DNA from: a candidate division FCPU426 bacterium
GTDB lineage: Bacteria > Oederibacteriota > Muellerivitia > Muellerivitales > Muellerivitaceae
Direction of reading: 5' to 3'
NCBI GenBank assembly: GCA_963849245.1
Contig: CAWKIY010000001.1
Span: 1 to 55,224, forward strand
DNA length: 55,224 bases
Within the stretch, counting starts at the first letter, position 1. Each line of letters begins with the position of its first letter. A program made the translations under genes and the position numbers. Shown here one piece after another: positions 1-11,309 of this stretch. The notes under the pieces are model-generated. The model saw nothing but the letters and a program-made list of their open reading frames with translations, had not been told where the DNA came from and ran no database searches.

Positions 1-126
1 GGCATGCTCGGGCATTGCGCCCCTTTTGCCCGAATTTGTCTGCGAAGCTCGCTTCGAGTTCACTGAGCATGTGAATCGGCATATCCCGTTTTACAACATT
101 TTTATCGTTAGCGGTCTGGAGCGCGG

Positions 127-920
127 ATGCAAGAACGCTTTTCAAATCGCCACGGATACCGTCGTGGTTTAAGCCCCCGAAATCTCCGTCCGCGAGGACG
201 CGCCCGAAGGCCTAAGGTTTGCGATCCCCCTTATCGCCCAGGATGCAGGGGTAAACTCCACGGTCCTTCGAAAGACTATTTGCGCCGTCTTGTTGCAGCG
301 GCCAAATCCATCGAACTGGTCGGAATATCCAAATATCTGGCAGGAGGCGAACGAGCTTATCAGTGATTGTTCGTGGTTCAGGGTTTACGATATCGCCGAA
401 GCTATTCTTGCAGCGTTCTCCGCGTATTCTGATGAAGCGGACATTTTTCAAGACAGGCTGAACGGGTATTTCCCGAGATAGCGGCATCGGTTGGCAAATG
501 AACGAAGGGGACGTGTATCGCGGACTCGGAGAGCCTTCGCGGAAACAACCCGCGAGGCGACGGCGGTGCTCACGCGGACAGGCCGCGTTGTTGCCGCCAA
601 CGAAATTCACGAGGCGCTCGCCGACATTCGCGTCACGGCCCAAGCCAGACGTGACTGGAGCGATCCAGCACTCGATTGCGGCGCTGGAAGGTACCGCGCG
701 AAATGTAACGGGAGAGCCGAACCTCACGCTGGGACGTTTAGTTTCGCGCCTCGCGCTGCTGCCACCGCTCGATACCGCCGTGGAAAAACTATGGGGCTAT
801 GCTTCCGAGCGGGCGCGTCATATCCGCGAGGGGCAATCGGTTTCATCGGAAGAAGCGGAACTCGTGGTCAGCGTCGCGTGCGCGGTCTGTACGTTACTGT
901 CGAAACGGTCTTCCACATGA
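127..920 (+). CDS. AbiJ-NTD4-like domain protein with HEPN-like C-terminus (abortive-infection family); frameshifted
   Basis: Joining ORFs 127-366, 290-481, 491-934 and 498-920 gives MQERFSNRHGYR..VREDAPEGLR..NWSEYPNIW..CSWFRVYDIAE..LNGYF..GIGWQM..AANEIHEALADI..PDVTGAIQHSIAALE..EKLWGYASERARH..EEAELVV, the typical AbiJ-NTD4 layout. About 4 indels are needed. Confidence 0.7.
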
Positions 921-973
921 AGCGAGCGTGCTAGTGCGCCGTCGGCAGGTAAGCAAGTTTAGTAAAACATGGA

Positions 974-990
974 TTTGAGACGGTCTCAAA
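974..990. promoter_or_regulatory. Perfect palindrome TTTGAGAC-G-GTCTCAAA, candidate operator upstream of the RM operon
   Basis: 8-bp arms with a 1-nt spacer, just upstream of a TTGACT -35-like hexamer (998-1003) and the ATG at 1032. Confidence 0.4.
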
Positions 991-1031
991 CTAAGTATTG
1001 ACTCGCATCGACTAGAATGTCAGTATGAGGC

Positions 1032-1608
1032 ATGCTCAAGCTGTCAGACCTCGCCGAAATCTATACAGGCCTCGCCTCTCGCGATTCGCAAGAGGGCGAT
1101 GCGCGGTTTCTGCGGCTCTCTGACGTGACCGAGTTGGCTCAGGGCAAAACTCCCACGTTGGCTCGCGGGGACCTCTCTGATGTCGCCAGGGCGCTTCCTA
1201 TCCAGCCCTGTGACGTGGTCGTCGGGGCGCGGGGTGCCGCGACAGACGTGTGCGGCGCGGATGAGCGGATCGTCGGCGCCTACATATCTTTGGAACTCTA
1301 CCTCGTTCGCCCGGATACCCTGAAGATCAATCCGTCCTACCTGAAAGCCGTCCTTCAGCTTCCGGCGACCCAGGCCGCCCTCTCAGCCTACAAGCAGGGC
1401 ACCGGCCTGACCCGCATCCCCAAGGATGCCCTGGCCCAACTGGAAATCCCTCTCCCGACGCTCGCGACCCAACGGAAAATCGCGGACCTCGCCGACCTCA
1501 TCGAGCACGAGGAGCGCCTTCTCGCGCGCCTTGCCGACCGTAAGGACGGCCTACCACCGTGAAATCCTGACCCGCGCCGTTCAGTCGGCCACCCCCGCCC
1601 ATTCCTGA
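1032..1608 (+). CDS. hsdS: Half-size Type I RM specificity-subunit-like protein (single TRD plus coiled coil)
   Basis: MLKLSDLAEIYTG.., INPSYL, L..LEIPLPTLATQRKIA are HsdS conserved-region motifs. One indel near 1545 extends the ORF to the stop at 1608. Confidence 0.7.
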
Positions 1609-1621
1609 GAACGGAGTTCCC

Positions 1622-3179
1622 ATGGCATCTCTTCGGCAAGACGACATTCTGGCGGCGGTCTGGCGGGCCTGCGACACATTTCGCGGCGCGGTCGACGCCA
1701 CGCAATACAAGGACTACGTCCTCACCGCGCTCTTCCTGAAATACATCAGCGACGTCCGCCGCAAGCACATCGAGGAGTTTCGGCGCGAGTACAACGGCGA
1801 CGAGCTTCGCATTCAGCGGCGGTTGGATCGCGAGCGGTTCAAGATTCCGACCGTGCCGCCGCGCAAGAGCGACGATGGCAAAATCGAGGAAGACGGGTTT
1901 CTCGCGGACTTCTACAGCCTCTACGAACGCCGCACGCCGCGAGAACATCGGCGAGCTGATCAACATGGCGCTCGACGCGATTGAAAAAGCCAACGAGGGC
2001 AAGCTCGGCGGCCTTTTCCGCGCCATCGACTTCAATTCGGAAACGAACCTCGGCCAGACCAAGGACCGCAACCGTCGGCTCAAGACCCTTCTCGAGGATT
2101 TCGCCAAGCCCGGCCTCGATCTCGGGGAAACGTCCGAAGACATCCTTGGCGACGCCTACATTTTCCTCATCGAGCGCTTCGCCTCCGACGCGGGCAAGAA
2201 GGCAGGCGAGTTCTTCACTCCGCGCAAGGTGTCCGAGGTCGTCGCCAAGCTCGCCAACCCGAAATCGGGCGACCGCATCTGCGATCCCGCCTGCGGTTCG
2301 GGCTCGCTCCTGCTGCGCGCGGGCGAGGAAATTCCCGACCACAATTTCCAACTGTTCGGCCAGGAATCGAACGGCAGCACGCGCGCCCTCGCGCGGCTGA
2401 ACATGCTGCTCCACAATCAGGACAACGCCCGCATCGATTGGTGCGACACGCTGAACTCGCCGACGCTGATCGAGAGCGATCACTTGATGCAGTTCGACGT
2501 CGTGGTCGCGAACCCGCCCTTCAGCCTCGACAAGTGGTGGGAGGACGAGAAGAAGGCCGACCCTTACAAGCGCTTCACGCCGCACATGCCGCCCAAGAGT
2601 CGCGGCGACTACGCTTTCATCCTTCACATGCTGGCGGTCACGCGGCCTGTGTCGGGCCGCATGGCGGTTGTCGCGCCGCACGGCGTTCTCTTTCGCTCGG
2701 GCGCCGAAGGGAAGATTCGCGAAAAGCTGATCCGCGACAACGTTCTCGACGCGGTTATCGGATTGCCGGGGCAGCTGTTTCCGACCACGGGCATTCCGGT
2801 CTGCATCATGGTCTTCGACCGCTCGCGTGAGGCGAATGGCTTGCGCGCGCATGAACGCGACATCCTGTTCATCGACGCCAGCCGCGATTTCGAAGCGGGC
2901 AAGAAACAGAACCGCTTGCGCGAGGAGGACGTCGTCAAGATCGTCGATACCTACAGGACTCGAACCAAGCGCGACCGCTACTCCCACAAGGCGACCTTCG
3001 AGGAGATCGAGGGCAACGGTTTCAACCTGAACATTCCCCGCTACGTCGATACCTTCGAGCCGGAGCCGGAGGTCGATCTCCAGGCCGTGCAGGACGAAAT
3101 CCGCGATCTCGAAACCCAGCTTGCCCAAACCCGCGAGAAGATGAACTTCTACCTCAAGGAGTTGGGAATCAATGTCTGA
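1622..3179 (+). CDS. hsdM: Type I RM DNA methyltransferase subunit M (m6A); one frameshift near 1935
   Basis: N-terminal W.ACDTFRG..YKDYVL.LFLKYISD; GEFFTPR; SAM motif ICDPACGSGSLL; catalytic NPPF; HGVLFR; FNLNIPRYVD. RBS GGAG precedes 1622. Confidence 0.93.
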
Positions 3180-3339
3180 CAAGGGGGAGGGGAAAGGCGA
3201 GATGATCCTCTATCGCTCCGACGACGGGGCGGTCGAAATTCAGCTCAAGGCGCGCGTCTGGCCGAGCATAGGGCCGAGTTCAGTTGTTGCAACGATATAC
3301 GAACAACTGCCGCCGACAAGACGCCGCTGGACTCAATGA
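3172..3339 (+). pseudogene. Internally deleted remnant of a RhuM-family (virulence/DNA-binding) gene
   Basis: MSDKGEGKGEMILYRSDDGAVEIQL matches the RhuM N-terminus and runs straight into SVVA..(frameshift)TTAADK, a motif normally further downstream. Overlaps the hsdM stop. Confidence 0.55.
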
Positions 3340-3351
3340 GGGTCGGAACCA

Positions 3352-4486
3352 ATGAAACCCAACCCTCGCCTTGGCGACTTCTTCGTCCAATAGGCAGGAG
3401 CCTGGGCGACCGGTCTCCCCGTCATGTCCGTAACGATGAATGATAGTCTGATCCCTCGTGACGAGATGGAGCGCCGCACGAAATCAGCGTTACGGCCCGA
3501 ACAGCACCTGTTCGTCAGGAAGGGCGACATCGCCTACAACATGATGCGCATGTGGCAAGGCGCATGCGGTCTCGCAGAGGCTGACGGCATCGTAAGCCCA
3601 GCCTATGTAGTGTTGGCCCCAAGAGTCAGGTATCGATAGTCGTTTCGCTTACCATTGGTTCAAATCCTCGCGAATAATTCATCATTTTTGGGCGTTTTCG
3701 CACGGCCTGACTGAAGAAGGCTTCGGCTGTATTTCGACGAATTCGCGGAAATTCCGATTAGTCCGCCTCCTATTCGTCGGCAGATCCAAATTGCCGATCT
3801 TCTGGACGAGTGGGATGTCGCCCTCAAACAGACTGAAACTCTTATCAAGAGCAAAGCGATCCGTCGGGACTCTTTTGCTACGAAGACTATTTCAAAATTT
3901 GCCGAAGCGGCCCTTCCTTGAGGCCGCCGATGTTTGGTTCAGCGACGATCGATAAAAAATCAAGGGCCGACGAGGCGTCTGTCAGTCTGTGCAACTACAT
4001 GGATGTATTTCATAATTCGAGAATCACCTCGAATATCTCTTTTATGAAAGCTACAGCAAGCGCCGCACAAATTCGCGACAATGCGCTTCGGCAAAACGAC
4101 GTCGTGTTTACGAAGGATCTGAAACCTCAGGGGATATTGCTGAAGCCGCACTTATCGCAGAAGACATTCCAAATCTCATCTGCGGGTATCACCTGGCGAT
4201 TGCTAGGGCACGTCAGGGATCGCGCACGGGCCCTTCATTGCGCAGGCTATGCGTCACGAGACAATGCGTCACCAATTCGGTCGTCTCTCAAATGGTGTTG
4301 TCCGCTTCGGCCTAACCCTAGACGCGATAGAGCAAGCCGAGTTGTTTCTGCCTTCGCTTCTCGTTCAGGAACGGATTGCTGAAATCCTGGACGCTGAAGA
4401 CCTCGCAATCGAGGGCTTAGTGCGGCAGGCAACTCTATTTACGCAATCAGAAGCGCGGCTTGATGAAAAAGCTGCTCAATTCGTAG
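3352..4486 (+). CDS. hsdS: Type I RM specificity subunit S (two TRDs); multiple frameshifts
   Basis: KGDIAYNMMRMWQG..GIVSPAYVV (TRD1); PPIRRQIQIADLL; LCNYMDVFHN..VVFTKD (TRD2); LPSLLVQERIAEIL; canonical QKRGLMKKLL ending at the TAG at 4484-4486. Confidence 0.85.
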
Positions 4487-4508
4487 AGCCAGGAAAAGGC
4501 GGCCCATT

Positions 4509-4971
4509 ATGAAAGTCCTTGGATTTCGAAGCGACCCGAACACGCCTCGCTACGCCATCGTCGATGCTGGCCCCACACCCATAACGCTCGTCAATGAAGT
4601 TACCGAGAGTCGCCTCTGCTTTCCTGCCGATTATGACAGCGACTCAAAAAAGTGCCCTGGCTCTACAAAGAGTTTGAAGCGCGTGTTCCATCTGCATCCT
4701 AAGATCGCGAATGTCGTTATCAAAATTGGCGAGTTCACAATGGGAGACAACAAGGCAAAGCGGTCGGCTTCATACCAGGAAGCCGCTTTTGATTCTCTAC
4801 TGTGGTCTCAAGGGCATTCCCATCCATACAAAGCTTTATGCGTCTCTTGGCACGCGGAGCAATCAGGTCAAGGAGCACGCTATTGCTCGCGTAGGGCAAA
4901 CCAGTGGTTATTGGGATGGCAAGATGGCCGACGCGGTTATTGCGGCTTGGTGGGGAGCGAACAATCAATGA
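4509..4971 (+). CDS. Hypothetical protein with putative RuvC/RNase H-like fold (DUF3010-like); frameshifted
   Basis: Reconstructed ~150 aa: MKVLGFRSDP..RYAIVD..WLYKEFERVF..VVIKIGE..SYQEAALILYC..YWDGKMADAVIAAW, which follows the RuvC strand/helix order. Needs 3 indels, two in homopolymer runs. Confidence 0.5.
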
Positions 4972-6040
4972 CCGGCGCCCTTGCCCACGATCCCAATCGC
5001 TCCGAACGCTCTGCTGCACAATAAATATGAGCCAATCCAGTTGATCGGAGCAGGCAGCTTTGGCGAAGTGTGGCTCGCTACTGATCACGCGGTGCAACAC
5101 ACATTTGCGATCAAGATTCTGAAGCCTGGCGTTGTCGTCGCGACGCAATTACGTGAGGCGCAAATTGGCCATGCGTTAGCCAACAATCTCGTGAGGGTGC
5201 ATCAAGCCGACGTTCTCACGGACGGTCGCGTGATCATAGCGATGGATTACTTGCCAGATGGTCCCATCACGAAGCGTGCCAACCCCGCTAACTATCTTGA
5301 ACTACCCCTGGCGATAAGAGCCATTATCGACGTCCTGCAAGGGCTGGAACACCTTCACGCCAGCAATTTCTTCCACAATGACATCAAGCCGGAGAACATC
5401 CTTATCGGTCCAAATGGGCAAGCAAAGCTTGGCGACTACGGAATTGTGGGTGTTTCACCGGATGGCCAGCCGGTGCCGCCACCTGCTCAGTACATCCTGC
5501 ATGCTGCGCCAGAGACTACTACCGGACATGGCATAGAGTCCCGAACCGACATTTTTCAGACAGGGTTGACGTTCTTCCGTTTGCTCACTGGGCTTAGCGC
5601 CCTTCGCGCTAAGCTTGCCGCAATGGGCGGTCAGAGCTACGCGCAAGCGTGGCGGCAGGAAAATTGGTTACTGACGCTGATTTCCCGCCCTACGTCCCGA
5701 GGTCTGTGGCTCGAGTCGTAAAGAGAGCTATCGACCCTGATCCGACCCAAAGGTTTCAATCGGCGCTCGAAATGCGGCGAGCTTTAGAGAAATTATCCTT
5801 CAGAGGATATTGGACCGTCGAGGCTAGTGGAGCGTTCGTTGGCTTTGATGAGAAAAATAGATTTCGGTTTCAAACGACCCTCGCGGGTGCTCAATCTTCG
5901 TTCGAGGGTTTCAAGCTGCGGTTATCCTCGGGCCGCGAGACGCGCATCTCCGCCTTCACCTCTCTAAATATGACGGTGTCTGAGGCAAAACGCCGCGAAG
6001 TCGATTTCATTAAATCGGTACTCGCAGGCAACCCGCATGA
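4968..6040 (+). CDS. Hanks-type Ser/Thr protein kinase with small C-terminal domain; frameshifted
   Basis: IGAGSFGEVW, FAIKIL, HNDIKPENIL, GDYG, HAAPE, TDIFQTG, then RAIDPDPTQRF in the 5649 frame. ATGA overlaps with the upstream gene (4968-4971) and, after one indel, with hsdR (6037-6040). Confidence 0.85.
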
Positions 6041-9000
6041 ACGACTCCCCTCAATTCACCACCTCGGAAGCTGGCGGCGCTCAGCTTCAGGCGCTCAACA
6101 CCCTCGTCAATTGCGGCTGGCGCTACGTGACCCGTGCGGAGGCCGATCTCTGGCGCGACGGGCGGCGCTCGCTGCCCTTCCTGGAGACCCAGCTTCGCGC
6201 CGATCTCGCGCGCATCAACCGCATCACGCTCGACGGGCGCTCCTATTCATTTTCCGAGGCCAATATCGATACCGCCGTTCGGCGGCTCGCCAATCGCATC
6301 CCTGAAGGCGTCGTGCGCGCCAACGAGCGCATGACCGATGACTTGATGCTCGGCATCGCGCTGCCCCAGACCATCGGCGCGACGTCGCGCGAGTGGCCAT
6401 TCAAATTCATCGACTGGTCGGACTGGCGGGCGAACACGTTTCAGGTGACCAGCGAATACAGCGTGAGCGAGCCGGGCGGGAACACGATCCGCGTTGATCT
6501 CGTGCTTTTCGTCAATGGGCATGCCCGCTGGGCATAATCGAGGTCAAAGCCTCGCACGTGGCGACCAACGAGGGCATCAGCCAGCAAATCCGAAACCAGA
6601 AGACCGGCGAAGGCGTCCCGTCGCTCTTCTATCAGCGCGCAGCTTCTGGTGGCGGCGAACAGCCCACGATCCGCAATACGGCACGGTCGGCACGCCTCGG
6701 AAGCTTTGGGGCGTATGGAAGGAGCGAGAGGACCCCCACGGCTTCGCCGCCGATGTCGTCAATCGGCCCCTCGACGATATCGAAGCCAAACGGGTCGCTT
6801 CCGATTTCGCGCCCCACATCAAGCGCCACACCGGCCTGATGGAGGATGGCCGCTTCGTCACGCCGCTCGACGAAATGCTGGTGTCGCTTTGCCGCCCCGA
6901 GCGATTCATGCGTCTCGCGCGGCGCTACATGCTGTTCGACGGGCCGCACAAGAAGGTCGCGCGGTACCAGCAGGTCGCCGTTATCGAGACTTTGCTGAAG
7001 CGCATCGAAGAGCGCGACGCCAATGGCAGGCGAAAGGGCGGCATCGTCTGGCATACCCAGGGCTCGGGAAAGAGCCTAACCATGGTGATGCTGGCCAAGG
7101 CGATCGCGATGGGCAACCCTTCCGCGCGCATCGTGATCGTCACCGACCGTACCGACCTCGACGAGCAGATTTCGAATACCTTCCGCGCTGTCGGCCAGGA
7201 GCCGAAACGGGCGGCGACGGGCGAGAATCTGCTCACGCTGATCGAGGACAAGACGCCGGTCATCACGACCCTGATCCATAAATTCCGCGCCGGGCTGAAC
7301 AAGCGTCGCGTCGTGGACAAATCCTCGGACATTTTCGTGCTGGTCGACGAGAGCCATCGCAGTCAGCATGGCGACCGGCTGAAACCGCTCGACAGTCCAT
7401 GAACGACCGCATGCAGGAGGTGCTCCCGAACGCGTGCTTCATAGCCTTCACCGGCACGCCCATCGCCAAGAAGGAAAAGAGCACCTTCGCCAAGTTCGGC
7501 GACCTCGTGCAGCCCACCTATTCGATGCGCGATGCCGTCGCGGACAAAGCAGTGGTGCCGCTGCTCTACGAGGGCCGTGAGGTCGTGACCGACGTTGACG
7601 AGGGCCAGATCGACCGCTGGTTCGAGGTCCATACGCGGGGCCTGTCCGACGAGCAGCGCGCCGATCTGAAGCGCAAGATGAGCCGCGCGCGGGAAATCGA
7701 GGGGATCGAATCGCGGCTCCAAGTACATCGCCTTCGACGTCGGCCAGCATTTCGCGACGAACTTCAAGGGCACCGGCCTCAAAGGGCAGCTCGCGGCGCC
7801 GTCGAAGCGGGCCGCGATCCAGCTGAAGAAGCTCTTCGACGACTTCGGCGTTGTCACGACGGAGGTCGTTATTTCCGCGCCCGAAATGCGGGAAAGCGAA
7901 GACGAGGTCGACGAGTCCGACGACGATCTGGTCCGCTCGTTCTGGCGCAAGATGATGGAGCGTTACGGCGGCGAGGATGCTTACAACAAGTCCATCGTCG
8001 AGCAGTTCAAGGGTCCCGGCGATCCCGAAATCATCATCGTCGTGGACAAGCTCCTAACCGGCTTCGATGCGCCGCGAAACACGGTTCTCTATGTCGCACG
8101 GCGGCTGAAGGAGCACGGCCTGCTGCAAGCCATCGCTCGCGTCAATCGCGTCTTCGATGAAGAGGGCGCCCCGGAAAAGCCGTTCGGATATCATCATCGA
8201 CTACACAGGGGTGCTGAAGAACCTCGGCGATGCGCTCGCCAGCTACGACGCCTTGCAGGGCTTCAGCGACGAGGACATCGCGCGGAGCGTCGTTGCCATT
8301 CGCGATGAGGCGAGCAAGGTGCCTGGCGCGCACGCGGCGCTCCTGGACGTCTTCAAGTCCGTGTCGAACACCTTCGACGCGGAGGCCTACGCGCGGCTCC
8401 TCGCCGATGAGGCGATACGGGCGGATTTCTATCGCCGCCTGTCGGAGTTTCTCGCGCGCCTTCGCCGTGGCCCTGGCCTCGCCGAGCTTCGTCGAGGAGA
8501 CCAAGCCGGAGCTGCTCAAGCGCTGGAAGGACGATCTGGGCCGGTTCAGTTCGCTTCGAGCTTCGGTAAGCCTTCGTTATGCGGAGCGCGTGGACTGGCG
8601 TGACTATGAAAAGCGAGTCCGGCAGCTGCTCGACCGTCACGTCGTCGCCCGCGACGTCGTGAATCTTGTCGAGCCGTTGAATATCTTCGACGACATCGCC
8701 ATTGAAGCGCGCCGCAAGGACAAAACCGCAATCCGACGCGTCCATCGCTGACACCATCGCGCATCAGCTCACCCGCTCGATAGAGGAAAAGTGGGACGAG
8801 GACCCGACCTTCTTCGAGAAATTCTCCAAGCTGATCCGCGACACCATAGCCGACTTCCACAAGGGCCGGATCAACGAGCTGGCCTATCTCGCGAAGGTCC
8901 GCGCCTTGCGTGAGAAGGTCGAGCAACGACAAGACGACGCCAATCCGACTCCCGCCCGACTTCGCGATGATAGCCACGCACAGGCCTTCTGGGGCCTCGC

Positions 9001-9262
9001 GCGACGCAGCCTCACAGCGGCGGGCGTAGACGACTCCGAACTCGCGGCGGACATCGCCCTGGAAATGAGCAAGAAGGTTCAAGAACGTCGCAAGGTCGGA
9101 TGGCAGAACGACCGCGACATCGAGAACCTCATTCGCAACGATATCGACGACTTCTTTTTCGAGGAACTGCGTGGGCGTCGCGGCATCATGCTCGATCCCG
9201 CAATCCTAGATGGGATCGTGGACGAAATGCTCGGCACGGCGCGAACGAGGCTCGCTCTATGA
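6037..9262 (+). CDS. hsdR: Type I restriction endonuclease subunit R; multiple frameshifts
   Basis: RVDLVLFVNG..IIEVK nuclease motif; WHTQGSGKS (Walker A); VTDRTDLDEQ; VDESHRS; AFTGTP; VDKLLTGFDAP; LLQAIARVNR. Spread over about 8 overlapping ORFs. Confidence 0.92.
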
Positions 9263-9990
9263 CGGCCCCACAATCCGAGCGGGCGGACTCGATAGTCCTC
9301 CAATGGGGCAGCCGAAGCGTGGCCGCCCGGCTTCGGCTGTCTGAGCGCCGGGTACTCAAAATCGAGATCGATCCGGAAGGCGTCGTGACCGTACACGCGC
9401 CTGATGGGCGCCGATGTAGGCGAAATCGCTCGCCGCGCCGCCCAAAAGGGCTCGTGGATTTTTCGCGAACTGGACGTGATCGCCGCCCGACCGGCGAACA
9501 CGCCGCGTCGCCGCTACGTGTCCGGGGAAACCCATCTATTTCTAGGCCGCCAATATCGCCTTCAAATTGAGAAGGCCGACGAGGCGCATGTGCGCTGCGA
9601 AGGTGGCAGGATGATCGTGACGGCGCGCGATCCCGATGACCAGGCCCACTGCGGCAGGCTTATAAAGGTCTTCTATGCCCTCAACGCGCGAACTGTCTTT
9701 CGAGAGCGGTTGTTGACCCAAGCGGCGCCCTTCGAACGCAAGGGCCTTAAGCGCCCGCGCCTCATCGTCAGGGAATTGTCCAAGCGCTGGGGCAGCTACA
9801 CGCCCAATGGACGGATAGTCCTGAACGTCGATCTCATCCGCGCCGCGCCTGACTTGATCGACTACGTGATTTCGCACGAACTCGCGCACGGCCTGCATCC
9901 CGACCATGGCCCGGATTGGCGGAATCTCTGACGATGGTCATGCCGGATTGGGAGGCAAGGAAAACCCGGTTGGAGGCGGCGCTGAGGTAG
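9259..9990 (+). CDS. YgjP/DUF45 (M48/SprT-like) zinc metallohydrolase typical of Type I RM operons; frameshifted
   Basis: YVSGETHLFLGRQYRL, KRWGS, IVLNVDLI, DYVISHELAH (HExxH), PDH..; tail MPDWEARKTRLE to the TAG at 9990. ATGA overlap with hsdR. Confidence 0.85.
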
Positions 9991-10006
9991 CGAGGTCGTT
10001 CAGGCC

Positions 10007-10147
10007 ATGGTCGAAATAGCAGGACGACGATTGCGGAAGTGGGCTCAGGCTGGTGTTCCCCACAAGGGCTGGCGATGCGTGGACATCGAGGACCTCGTCG
10101 CTCCAACGACGCCATCGCTTGCCGCCGTTGATCAATGTCATCGATAG
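10007..10147 (+). pseudogene. Truncated fragment of a 'KWxxxGVPHKGW' hypothetical-protein family
   Basis: The 46-codon ORF MVEIAGRRLRKWAQAGVPHKGWRCVDIEDL.. resembles the N-terminus of a family I recall from defence islands, then drifts and stops. Confidence 0.35.
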
Positions 10148-10399
10148 ATGCTCGAACCTCACCTAGGGCCTTTTTTCGTCCCTTCCCAAAAAACGGTCCA
10201 GGCAAACTCTGTCGTTGGGTCGCCAATTCCCGAAGAACTCAACATTGCCGTTAGGGGGCGAGTATCAAGCGTTGGAGTTAATTCGCCGGCTCGCGGAAAA
10301 CAGCAACCATAATGAAGCGAAGAGGCAGATTTTTTGAGATTGAGAGAGTAAGAGTTGAAACTTCGTGTTTGCCGGATAATGCGTTTGGAGGACGCGTCG

Positions 10400-11309
10400 G
10401 TGATGGAATCGCCTCGCTTTGAACTTCTCGAAAATGTGCCGCCCGCTGTAATGCAGGCGCCGCCGTTGGCGAGTGCGCTTCAATCCTTTGAGAACAGCAT
10501 TTTTTTGGTTGGATTGGGTAGGTTTCCAGCAGCTTTGACAGCATGCGGAACAGCCGTGGAGTCTGCTATCCGGGCGGTTCAAGGCTACAAGCCCTTGAGC
10601 CCTGCGGACGGGCTTTGGGACACCGTAGAGTTTGCTGTACAGAAGAAGCCTAAACTTCGCGTCCGCGATCTACGTCAGTTTGTCAATGCACGCAACGATT
10701 TCACACATAGTGGCTTCTCCCCGAAAGATGACGAGAGAGCAGTAAGTCTACTTTTCAGAGTAGGATATCCCTTTCTAAGCCGTTGTGTCTATGAATTTCA
10801 TGGTTTTTCTATGCGCGGCTCAGTTATTAACGGTCTCTGGAAGCAGATTGAGATTGCCGAGAAGGTACTGAATGAAATCGAGACTTCATTGGGCGCAACG
10901 CCCGAGGGGAAAACACGGGCGCGGATTTCCGGAGCGAGGGCGCTTGAGCACACGGTTTTGACCAAGCTTACACAATCCACGACACGCGCGCTGGACAGAT
11001 GTTGACCACGGGCTACAGGACCACGAATACGCTGCCCGTAAAAGGGCAAAAGATCAGATAGAACGAAAGTGGAGCTTTCACGCATATGCGTTGTGCCCCA
11101 TTCCTACGTGCAGCTCACCCGAATGTTGTGTAGCTCTGAGTGAAGAAAATACTATGCGGCTTACTCCTACGGCTCTTTTTTGCTTCGATTGCGGTTTCAA
11201 GCTTTACGGAGCCGATACAATTCTGATGAAGCATCTGCTTGGAAGCGAATTGGAAAAATCGCGTTCAAAAATACTGCGCGAGTATGGTTTAAACAAATCC
11301 GCGTCCTGA
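10400..11309 (+). CDS. Putative HEPN-domain protein with C-terminal Zn-ribbon; one frameshift near 10990
   Basis: RBS GGAGG 10387-10391; AALTACGTAVESAI helix; RNDFTH (RxxxxH HEPN motif). The reading frame of ORF 11091-11309 (CP..C..C / CFDC) extends back to ~10990. Confidence 0.5.

Noticed and set aside
1839-3182. 447-aa minus-strand ORF and other long antisense ORFs over the hsd genes and the giant secreted genes
   Set aside because: Shadow ORFs from codon bias opposite well-supported genes; they have no motifs.
4487-4512. Apparent ATGA overlap between hsdS (ORF 4249-4512) and the RuvC-like gene
   Set aside because: The canonical HsdS end QKRGLMKKLL is in another frame and stops at 4486, so the overlap is probably a frameshift artefact.
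1622-9262. Programmed frameshifting or phase variation of hsd genes
   Set aside because: The indels are too numerous, scattered across all genes and not tied to long SSRs or slippery heptamers.
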